Shown here piece by piece: positions 9,208-16,638 of a stretch of DNA of 32,000 nt. The stretch covers positions 90,001 through 122,000 of the forward strand of contig NC_010085.1 in the NCBI RefSeq assembly GCF_000018465.1, written 5' to 3'. This DNA comes from Nitrosopumilus maritimus SCM1. GTDB taxonomy: Archaea; Thermoproteota; Nitrososphaeria; Nitrososphaerales; Nitrosopumilaceae. The notes beneath the pieces were generated by a model, which saw nothing but the letters and a program-made list of their open reading frames with translations, was not told where the DNA came from and ran no database searches. Positions within the stretch are counted from its first letter, which is position 1. The number at the start of each line of letters is the position of its first letter. Made by a program: the position numbers and the translations under genes.

Positions 9208-10253
9208 GATTCAATTGAATATCGTAACAAGGAAACTATGCCTCCTAAACCAGTAACTCTTAGACCTATGTCTGTAGACGAATCCACACTATACATTTTA
9301 ACTCCCTTATTTTCCATATCATTTAGAAAATCTATCATTTTTTGTTCATCATCTTGAATTGCTTTATCTGAAAAAACCATGGACTCTACTGCACCCATTT
9401 GATTTGCATTAAAGGTTTCATCAAAACCCATGGTAAATTTTGTGCTTTTTTTGTTTGCAAGAAGCATAACTTCATCAATAATTGATGATACTTTAGCCAG
9501 TTTGCTATCTGACATTATCTCTTTCATTGTGTTTGATTTTGTAAAGGTGTAAATTCCATCTTCTCCACCGGAATCTATTCCTTCAACTACTTGTACTTTG
9601 AATTTTTGTAAATTTTGAGATTTTTGAATAAAATTTGCAAATCGTTTCTTTGTTTCACCTGGACCAAAAATTACAATTGAATCTCCTTCTTTAAGAATAG
9701 TTGAAATTGCTTGTTGTACTTGCTCAAAGAATTTTTCAATATTAAAATTAGTTTTGTATCTTTTTCCACCAGAACCTGAGTAAATATTTGGCATAAATTC
9801 CAAATGTGTTCCTCTTAATCTTGCAATACCACTGTCTCCTGTATCAATTGCTACTAGTACAAAACCAACTTGATTGTTACTTGATTCTAAAAGATTTTTT
9901 TCAAATGGCAACCATTTTTTCTTGGAGATTGTAATACCATCATTAATTTTTAAAATAAATGAATGATGAGTTCCATGTGGTACTGACTCATTACTTGATT
10001 CTGAAATTGTACCTCTGATTCTTAGTCTATCTAATACATCATCAAGTGAAATCTTTTCTACAGTTAATGCGATTCTAACTTTGATTCTTTCCCCTTTATC
10101 TGGCCTTGAATAATCTTTATCTTGTTTTAGTACTCTGGTTGTATCACCAATTATTTTATCATTTTCTTTAATAATTCTGCGTAAATTTAGAAGATCATCT
10201 GAATCTTCTGGGATAACTGAAATTAAATTCTCATCAATATTTTTTGTTATCAT
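9204..10253 (-). CDS. pelA: Pelota (Dom34) ribosome-rescue factor
   Basis: The 349-aa protein has an eRF1-like three-domain layout. Its N-terminus (VIPEDSDDLLNLRRII) and length fit archaeal Pelota. Confidence 0.8.
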   Translation of the reverse strand: MITKNIDENLISVIPEDSDDLLNLRRIIKENDKIIGDTTRVLKQDKDYSRPDKGERIKVRIALTVEKISLDDVLDRLRIRGTISESSNESVPHGTHHSFILKINDGITISKKKWLPFEKNLLESSNNQVGFVLVAIDTGDSGIARLRGTHLEFMPNIYSGSGGKRYKTNFNIEKFFEQVQQAISTILKEGDSIVIFGPGETKKRFANFIQKSQNLQKFKVQVVEGIDSGGEDGIYTFTKSNTMKEIMSDSKLAKVSSIIDEVMLLANKKSTKFTMGFDETFNANQMGAVESMVFSDKAIQDDEQKMIDFLNDMENKGVKMYSVDSSTDIGLRVTGLGGIVSLLRYSIES

Positions 10254-10285
10254 GTTGTTGTTCTATTCTACAAAGAGAAAAGAGT

Positions 10286-10699
10286 TTAGTTTGTTACTTC
10301 GTTAGTTGTTTCTTCAGATTTTTTCTTTAGATAACTTTCAACCCAATCTAAAGTAAGAACTCCTGATTCAGCTAAATTTGTTAAAGAGTTTGCAGATGCT
10401 TCTCCTGTGACTTTACCATGATTTTTTTTTAATTGACGCCATTTTAGAGATGTATTACCACTTTTTGAATTATAGATAATTCCTAAAATGTCCCTTGCAT
10501 TAACAAATGTGATATCTCTAATTTTTTTCAAAGTTACCTTATCCGCTGCCTCAACATAGATTGCACCTAAACTATCTTCTCTTTCTGCAAATACTTCTGA
10601 ATCATCCAGATAACTTCTTGGAGCATAAGATTTACACGTACTAGAAATGATGAATCTTCTAAAACTTTCTACTGATGCTGGAGTGTCAATTGCAACCAT
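10286..10699 (-). CDS. Hypothetical protein (137 aa), no recognisable family
   Basis: This is a clean ATG-initiated ORF lying 32 nt upstream of pelota on the same strand. I recognise no motif in it. Confidence 0.45.
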   Translation of the reverse strand: MVAIDTPASVESFRRFIISSTCKSYAPRSYLDDSEVFAEREDSLGAIYVEAADKVTLKKIRDITFVNARDILGIIYNSKSGNTSLKWRQLKKNHGKVTGEASANSLTNLAESGVLTLDWVESYLKKKSEETTNEVTN

Positions 10700-10774
10700 T
10701 TTGAATGAATAAACTATTGGCCATTTATCAAGCTTCTTGAAAGACTCAATAGGAATCTACCTCAAATATGGCTT

Positions 10775-10835
10775 GCAGGTGGTGATGAACCTATCCCTTT
10801 GAAATGATGATGAGGATCTTGAGTTCTGAGCCTGC
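10775..10835 (+). ncRNA. C/D box sRNA (2'-O-methylation guide)
   Basis: The terminal stem pairs GCAGG (10775-79) with CCUGC (10831-35). The C box is GUGAUGA (10782-88). A 12-nt spacer ACCUAUCCCUUU follows, then a degenerate D' (UUGA/GAAA around 10799-10804). The C' box is AUGAUGA (10807-13), followed by a 12-nt guide GGAUCUUGAGUU (10814-25) and the D box CUGA (10826-29). It is a locally GC-rich 61 nt in an intergenic position. Confidence 0.8.
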
Positions 10836-10870
10836 CTATGATTTTAATTGATGATTACTTTAGAAAAATT

Positions 10871-11290
10871 ATGAATTCGTTTACTGAATATCTAACATTT
10901 AATGTTGAAGCTCGTAGAGGATTTGTTAATATCACTCCTGATATTAGAAAATTAGTTACTAAAAGCAAAGTCAAAGAAGGTTTGTGTCTTGTAAATGCGA
11001 TGCATATTACTGCTAGTGTCTTTATCAATGATAATGAGGGTGGATTACTTCATGACTATGAAAAATGGTTAGAAGAATTAGCACCGCATGCTCCAGTTGA
11101 TCAATACAGACATAATGATACTGGTGAAGACAATGCAGATGCTCATCTAAAAAGACAAGTAATGGGAAGAGAAGTAGTTATTGCAATAACTAATAGTGAA
11201 TTAGATTTTGGTCCATGGGAACAAATTTTCTATGGGGAGTTTGATGGAAAGCGACCAAAAAGAGTTTTAGTAAAAATAATTGGAGAATAA
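10871..11290 (+). CDS. yjbQ: YjbQ/UPF0047 family protein (secondary thiamine-phosphate synthase-like)
   Basis: The sequence [19 protein letters not shown]...YRHND...[20 protein letters not shown]...[16 protein letters not shown] is typical of YjbQ. ATG 10871 gives the usual ~139 aa. The alternative ATG at 10838 begins 3 nt after the sRNA. Confidence 0.8.
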   Translation: MNSFTEYLTFNVEARRGFVNITPDIRKLVTKSKVKEGLCLVNAMHITASVFINDNEGGLLHDYEKWLEELAPHAPVDQYRHNDTGEDNADAHLKRQVMGREVVIAITNSELDFGPWEQIFYGEFDGKRPKRVLVKIIGE

Positions 11291-11294
11291 CATT

Positions 11295-11459
11295 CTATCC
11301 AAAATCTGCATCACGTTTCTGACTCTGTGATTCATTTTTTCTTGCAGCAGCTCTAAACTCTTCATCGTGATTTTGAGGACCATGTCCACATTTCACACAT
11401 GCAATTTTGAATCCATTATCGTCTTTTTCATACGTTTCACATCCGCAAAAACATGCCAT
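11295..11459 (-). CDS. Small Cys/His-rich protein (54 aa), putative metal-binding, not in the ORF track
   Basis: My translation reads MACFCGCETYEKDDNGFKIACVKCGHGPQNHDEEFRAAARKNESQSQKRDADFG*. It has a CxCxC...CxxCxH...H pattern. It fills the gap between dtxR and yjbQ. A TATA-like box lies about 27 nt upstream of the ATG. Confidence 0.55.
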   Translation of the reverse strand: MACFCGCETYEKDDNGFKIACVKCGHGPQNHDEEFRAAARKNESQSQKRDADFG

Positions 11460-11481
11460 GTTTAATCTAATTTCTAAGATG

Positions 11482-11489
11482 ATATATCT
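11482..11489 (-). promoter_or_regulatory. TATA-like box upstream of the 54-aa Cys-rich ORF
   Basis: AAAGATATATC (minus strand) is centred about 27 nt upstream of ATG 11459. This spacing fits a leaderless archaeal transcript. Confidence 0.35.
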
Positions 11490-11498
11490 TTTGGGATA

Positions 11499-11951
11499 CT
11501 ATGAAGCTGATTTACAACATTCACCCATTGGAATCTCTTTACCATGTGGCGATGTTCTAGGGTGTTTTAACATTGTACAAAGTGCATCAGTAAACTGTTT
11601 ATTCATATGATGTTCAATACCACATACCATCTCTTCATCAATATCTACTTTGAGTGCACTATCCATTAGTACTTCCAAAAGTCTACTGTTTCTCATCATG
11701 CTAGAACCAATTGTTTGACCTTCATCTGTGAGTCTTACTCCTGCTTTGTTGTAAGTGACTAAATTCTTAGCATTTAATTTTTTTAGCATCTGAACTACAC
11801 TTGGTTGTCTAACGTTGAGCATTTTTGCAATAGTGCTAATTTTGACTTCTTCTCCTCTTTCTTTAAGAAGCCAAATCGCTTTGAGATACATCTCAACATG
11901 TTCAGCTTCAGCGGTTCCAACAAACAGAGTCTCTTCATCTAGTACGTCCAT
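11499..11951 (-). CDS. DtxR/IdeR-family metal-dependent transcriptional repressor (two-domain form)
   Basis: VEMYLKAIWLL aligns with the DtxR N-terminal helix, and RQPSVVQMLKKL is the HTH. CGIEHH aligns with the DtxR C102-x-x-E105-H106 metal site. At 150 aa there is no SH3-like domain. Confidence 0.85.
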   Translation of the reverse strand: MDVLDEETLFVGTAEAEHVEMYLKAIWLLKERGEEVKISTIAKMLNVRQPSVVQMLKKLNAKNLVTYNKAGVRLTDEGQTIGSSMMRNSRLLEVLMDSALKVDIDEEMVCGIEHHMNKQFTDALCTMLKHPRTSPHGKEIPMGECCKSAS

Positions 11952-11952
11952 G

Positions 11953-12720
11953 TTATACCTTCTTTGAATCTTTTAATAAATATTCAAAATATTGACGTGC
12001 AAATCCTGCTAATCCTGCATGATCTGCCCAAATTGCAACCACATCTGAAGAATTTTCAGCAGCAACTGCTGGACCTAACAATATTACAACGTATTTTTTA
12101 TCAGAAATTATTCCTCCTCCAAACAAACCTTTCTTGATTTTTACCGTTGCGACTCGTTTTATTGCTTTAATGGATTCTTTATCCATCTTGTCTGATGTAA
12201 GAATTGTAATTTCTACTCCCTTGTCATGTAGTGATCTTAGTTTTGGTAATGCTTGTCTAACTAATTCTTCTCCAGCTTCAGGTAATGCAATCATTACTTC
12301 ATTTCTACAAGTTTCAACCATTTCTAGAATCTTTGCTGCAATGTTTATTGCACCTGATAATACCCAAATGTCTGGTTTTTCACTAGTTCCACTTTTTTCA
12401 TACAATGGAACTAGTTCATTTAGAATAACACTTTGATTCTCTGAAAAATCATTTTCCATTTTTTGTTTTGTTGTTTCTAATCCTGTTGATGGTGACTTTG
12501 CAAAATATTTAGTTGGTCTTGAATCATCTGTTCCAATCCATCCTTTTTCTTCTAGAGTTCCTAGAACTTCATAAATTTTTGAGTATGGAACTCCTGATTT
12601 TTGACTGAGCTCTGATGCTGTTAATTCTCCTGATTTTAGTAATGCTGAAAATGTTCTAATCTCATAACTTGTAAGACCAATTTTTTCTAATGCTTTTCTT
12701 GTCTTATCTGATATGCTCAT
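11953..12720 (-). CDS. TrmB-family transcriptional regulator
   Basis: The N-terminal winged helix (LEKIGLTSYEIRTFSALLKSGELTASELSQKSGVPYSKIYEVLGTLEEKGWI) is typical of TrmB. The stop lies 1 nt before the dtxR ATG (TAAcATG). Confidence 0.8.
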   Translation of the reverse strand: MSISDKTRKALEKIGLTSYEIRTFSALLKSGELTASELSQKSGVPYSKIYEVLGTLEEKGWIGTDDSRPTKYFAKSPSTGLETTKQKMENDFSENQSVILNELVPLYEKSGTSEKPDIWVLSGAINIAAKILEMVETCRNEVMIALPEAGEELVRQALPKLRSLHDKGVEITILTSDKMDKESIKAIKRVATVKIKKGLFGGGIISDKKYVVILLGPAVAAENSSDVVAIWADHAGLAGFARQYFEYLLKDSKKV

Positions 12721-12821
12721 GCGATCTAGTCGATCAGTTTTGATATTTAAATCACATATGCCTGCTTCCTAAATTCCACCCGAGGCCAAGTATGAAATGC
12801 ATTATATACCATTTCTGAAAA

Positions 12822-14501
12822 ATGCCCATAGTAGGCATGGCTCTAATTCAGATATCTAATCAAACTACAAAGAATTTAGGTAAAAAATCCACTATTAGAT
12901 TCACTCAAAGTATCTGTCCTGATTGTAACATGATTTTGGATGCAGAAGTTTTTGAGAGGGATAACAAAGTCTTCATGTCTAAAGTTTGTCCAACTCATGG
13001 TGAATGTGAGGAATTATACTTTGGTTCTTACGAATTATACAAGAAATTCAGTACTTACTGGATGGATGGTAAAGGTGCTCATGCTCCAAACGTAATGATT
13101 GACAAATGTTCTTGTCCAAATAATTGTGGATTATGTTCAAACCACCTATCTCACAGTGGACTTGCAAACATGATTGTAACTAACAGATGTGACTTGACAT
13201 GTTGGTATTGTTTCTTCTATGTAAAGAAAGGTCTAGAAGGTGCTTACATGTACGAACCAGATCATACTCAAATTAGAGGTATGATGAAAACTCTAAGAGC
13301 AGAAAGACCAATTCCAGGAAACTCTATGCAAATTACTGGTGGTGAACCAATGCTTAGAGAAGATATTGCTGATGTTATCAAAATTATGAAAGAAGAAGGT
13401 GTTGACCATATTCAGATGAACACTAACGGCATTAGACATGCAATGGATCCAGAAGCAGCACGTGAAGTAAGACTAGCTGGATGTAACAATTTGTATCTTT
13501 CATTTGATGGTGTAACTGCAAGAACAAACCCAAAGAATCACTGGGAAATTCCATATGCACTTGATAGTTGCAGAAAAACAGGAACAACTGTTGTATTTGT
13601 TCCAACAGTAATCAAATCAATTAATGATCATGAATTAGGTGGAATTATTAGATATGCTCAAAAGAACATGGATGTAGTTCATGCTGTTAACTTCCAACCA
13701 GTATCTCTAACTGGTAGAATGGGTAAAAGTGAACGTGAAAAATACAGAATTACAGTTCCTGATTGTATTCAAAGAATTGAAGAGCAAACAAATGGTGAAG
13801 TAACTATTGATGATTGGTTCCCAGTACCAAGTTGTATGCCATTAACAAATGTAATTGAAGCATTCTCAAGCAAACCAAAATACGAATTATCAATTCACTT
13901 TGCTTGTGGTGCAGGAACATACATCTTTGAAGATGAAGATACAAAGAAATTTGTTCCATTAACAAAATTCTGTGATATTCAAGGAATGTTAGAATTATTT
14001 GAAGATAAAGCCGAAGAAATTCGTTCTGGTAAAAACAAGTACTTTACAATGCTTGAAGTTGTAAGAAAACTCAAAGGATTTGTTGATTCAAAGAAACAAC
14101 CAGCAGGATTAGACTTGGCAAAAATGTTTGGTAACATCTTGATGAAGAGATCATTTGATTCAGTTGGTTCTTGGCATGTTAAAGGATTATTCCTTGGTAT
14201 GATGCACTTCCAAGACAAATACAATGAAGATCTAGAAAGACTACAAAGATGTGATATCCATTATGTTACTCCTGATCTTAGAATCGTTCCATTCTGTGCA
14301 TTTAATGTAATTCCTGAATGGTACAGAGACAGAATCCAAAAGAAATACTCTATCACTGTAGAAGAATGGGAAGAGAGAGAAGGTGTTAAACTCGAAGACG
14401 GTCTTTATAGAGGTCTTATGAGACGTGGTGCAGGTGATGAACTTGCAGCAGGATGTGCAAAAAGTGAAATGTTCCACCAAGCAGCACAAGCAACAATGTA
14501 A
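12822..14501 (+). CDS. Radical SAM enzyme, probably of the tetraether lipid synthase (Tes/GDGT-MAS, MJ0619-like) family
   Basis: It has the CxxxCxxC radical SAM motif (CDLTCWYC), preceded by CSCPNNCGLCSNH and an N-terminal CPDC...CPTHGEC rubredoxin/zinc-ribbon-like site. Conserved Cys residues are also scattered through the C-terminal half. The protein is 559 aa. The family call is from recalled architecture, not an alignment. An alternative leaderless start is the ATG at 12837. Confidence 0.55.
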   Translation: MPIVGMALIQISNQTTKNLGKKSTIRFTQSICPDCNMILDAEVFERDNKVFMSKVCPTHGECEELYFGSYELYKKFSTYWMDGKGAHAPNVMIDKCSCPNNCGLCSNHLSHSGLANMIVTNRCDLTCWYCFFYVKKGLEGAYMYEPDHTQIRGMMKTLRAERPIPGNSMQITGGEPMLREDIADVIKIMKEEGVDHIQMNTNGIRHAMDPEAAREVRLAGCNNLYLSFDGVTARTNPKNHWEIPYALDSCRKTGTTVVFVPTVIKSINDHELGGIIRYAQKNMDVVHAVNFQPVSLTGRMGKSEREKYRITVPDCIQRIEEQTNGEVTIDDWFPVPSCMPLTNVIEAFSSKPKYELSIHFACGAGTYIFEDEDTKKFVPLTKFCDIQGMLELFEDKAEEIRSGKNKYFTMLEVVRKLKGFVDSKKQPAGLDLAKMFGNILMKRSFDSVGSWHVKGLFLGMMHFQDKYNEDLERLQRCDIHYVTPDLRIVPFCAFNVIPEWYRDRIQKKYSITVEEWEEREGVKLEDGLYRGLMRRGAGDELAAGCAKSEMFHQAAQATM

Positions 14502-14552
14502 AAGGAATTTTTAATCCAAGACCTTAATAGATTCTAACTTAATTTTTGAACA

Positions 14553-15578
14553 ATGAAAATTCTGATCATTTCTCCGACTCAAGAAGGAATTGGTGGTGTT
14601 GCTAGACATGTACAAGGTCTTACAAAATTTTTAAAAAATGATGGGCATGAAGTAGATGTAATCTCTTCTGAAAATACATTCACAATTCCTATACGAAAAT
14701 TAAAAAATCCTAGCTTCATGCTATCTTCTTTTTTAAAAACAAAATTTTCAAAAAAATATGATGTAGTACATGCTCAAAATGTTGTATCTGCGTTTGCAAT
14801 GAAAAATGTTTTGGGAAAAAAATTATTGGCAATACACGGAATTCATCATGAACAAGTAGATCATTTACATGGAAAAACTGCTGGAAATGTAGCAAAGGAT
14901 TATGAAGATAAAGCGTTAAACTGGGTTGACGCAATAACGGTTTCTTCAAAAGAAATGCTTGATTATTACTCTCAAAAAGGATTGAACACGTTTTTTCTCC
15001 CAAATGCATTGGATATACAATCAATTACCAAAAAATCTAATCGAAAATTTGACAAACAAATTGTTTATGCTGCTAGATTATCAAAAGAAAAAGGTATTCT
15101 TGAAGTATTGGATGTTGCAGAAAAATTACCACAAGACATTCATCTTTTAATTTTAGGATCAGGGGTAGAAGAGAATAAAGTAAAAGAATTATCAGAACTA
15201 CAAAAAAATATTCATTTTTTAGGATATCAAAATAGAGAAAACACTCTATCTATAATTCGTGGTTCTGATTTGTTAATACAACCATCTAGAATGGAAGGTG
15301 GACTAAGTTATACTTTGTTGGAATCTATGGCATGTGGAACTCCAATTATATGTACTGATGTTGGTGGTGCTAAAGATACTTTATCTCATATGAAAAATGC
15401 ATTTATTATCAAACCTGAAAATTCAACAGAATTAAAAAATGCTATTAATCAATTAATGAACAACTCAAAACAAAGAGAGGAACTAAAGAACAATGCTTTG
15501 GATGAAATCAAAAATCATGATTGGTCCGTTGTAGGGCCAAAATATGTAGAAATTTATCAAAAATTACTTTCATCATAA
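14553..15578 (+). CDS. Glycosyltransferase family 4 (GT-B)
   Basis: The N-terminus MKILIISPT...GGV and the E-x7-E region EGGLSYTLLESMACGTPIICTDVGG fit GT4. Confidence 0.85.
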   Translation: MKILIISPTQEGIGGVARHVQGLTKFLKNDGHEVDVISSENTFTIPIRKLKNPSFMLSSFLKTKFSKKYDVVHAQNVVSAFAMKNVLGKKLLAIHGIHHEQVDHLHGKTAGNVAKDYEDKALNWVDAITVSSKEMLDYYSQKGLNTFFLPNALDIQSITKKSNRKFDKQIVYAARLSKEKGILEVLDVAEKLPQDIHLLILGSGVEENKVKELSELQKNIHFLGYQNRENTLSIIRGSDLLIQPSRMEGGLSYTLLESMACGTPIICTDVGGAKDTLSHMKNAFIIKPENSTELKNAINQLMNNSKQREELKNNALDEIKNHDWSVVGPKYVEIYQKLLSS

Positions 15579-15629
15579 AAACTAAAAAAGAACAATAGTT
15601 ATTAATTCAAAATATTTTAAAAAAATCAC

Positions 15630-16637
15630 TTGCAATCAATTTTAAATAAAAAAAATATTCTTGTTACTGGTGGAACCGGTTCTATAGGACAAGCTTTGGT
15701 TCAAAGAGCTATATCTGATGGCGCAAAACATATCAAAGTTTTCAGTAATGATGAAAATGCCCTTTATGAAATGGAATTAGATTTTTCTAAACATAAAAAC
15801 ATCGAATACATAATTGGCGATATTAGAGATTTTGATAAAATCAATTCAATCGTAAAAAATTGTGATATTATTTTCCATGCCGCTGCACTCAAACATGTAG
15901 ATAGATGTGAATTATATCCATTAGAAACAATGACCGTAAACATAATTGGAACAAATAATGTTGCAAAAGCTGCAGTCAATGCGAATGTATCAAAAGTTAT
16001 TTCTATTAGTACTGATAAAGCTGTAAATCCTATAGGTGTGATGGGTGCAACAAAACTTCTTGCAGAAAAATTAATTGCCGCTGAAGCATATCATTCAAAA
16101 TCAAAGACAGTTTTTTCCTCTGTACGATTTGGAAATGTATTTCATACTAGAGGTTCAATATTACCTAAGATAGAAAAACAAATTCAAAATGGTGGTCCTT
16201 TAACATTAACTGATGAAAGAATGAAACGATTTTTTATGACTAAAGAAGATGCAGTTGATTTAATTTTAAACGCAGCTTATACTGCTAAAGGTGGAGAAAC
16301 TTTTATTCTCAAAATGCCTATGCTGAATTTAAAAGATCTTTTTGAAGCAATGAAAATTGTAATTGGTCCAAAACATGGGTATTCATCAACAAAAATAAAA
16401 ACAAAAATTACTGGAATTAGACCTGGTGAAAAATTAACCGAATATCTATTAACAAATTTTGAAATGGAACATTGTTTAGAAACAAAGAATTTTTTTATAA
16501 TTCCTAAAATGTTTGAATCTTTAGATCCCAAAAAATATCCTGGTTCAAAAAAACCAAAGAACACAACAAAGTATTTCGAAACTGTTAAACCAATTTCACA
16601 AGAACAGATTGTCAAACTTTTAAAAAAAATTTATTAA
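15630..16637 (+). CDS. Nucleotide-sugar (UDP-GlcNAc-type) 4,6-dehydratase, CapD/WbpM/PglF-like, SMK variant
   Basis: Motifs seen: TGGTGSIG, HAAALKHVDRCE, ISTDKAV, GVMGATK (Met at the usual Tyr position) and VRFGNVFHTRGSILP. The start codon is TTG. Confidence 0.75.
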   Translation: MQSILNKKNILVTGGTGSIGQALVQRAISDGAKHIKVFSNDENALYEMELDFSKHKNIEYIIGDIRDFDKINSIVKNCDIIFHAAALKHVDRCELYPLETMTVNIIGTNNVAKAAVNANVSKVISISTDKAVNPIGVMGATKLLAEKLIAAEAYHSKSKTVFSSVRFGNVFHTRGSILPKIEKQIQNGGPLTLTDERMKRFFMTKEDAVDLILNAAYTAKGGETFILKMPMLNLKDLFEAMKIVIGPKHGYSSTKIKTKITGIRPGEKLTEYLLTNFEMEHCLETKNFFIIPKMFESLDPKKYPGSKKPKNTTKYFETVKPISQEQIVKLLKKIY

Positions 16638-16638
16638 T

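Noticed and set aside
11478..11510. Possible C/D box sRNA (AGAUGAU ... CUGA)
   Set aside because: The C box is imperfect and there is no C'/D' pair or terminal stem. The ~30-nt span is too short, and the CUGA lies inside the dtxR coding end.
11407..11610. Plus-strand 67-aa ORF spanning the dtxR 3' end
   Set aside because: It overlaps the well-supported DtxR-family gene in antisense. The gap is better explained by the minus-strand 54-aa Cys-rich ORF, which has its own TATA box.
12134..12436. Plus-strand 100-aa ORF
   Set aside because: It is antisense within the TrmB-family gene.
12735..12760. Near-palindrome TGATATTTAAATCACA in the trmB/radical-SAM divergent spacer as an operator
   Set aside because: Only the central ATTTAAAT is truly palindromic. 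An 8-mer of pure A/T is expected by chance in this genome.
13979..14489. Minus-strand ORFs 13979-14224 and 14241-14489
   Set aside because: They are antisense within the radical SAM gene.
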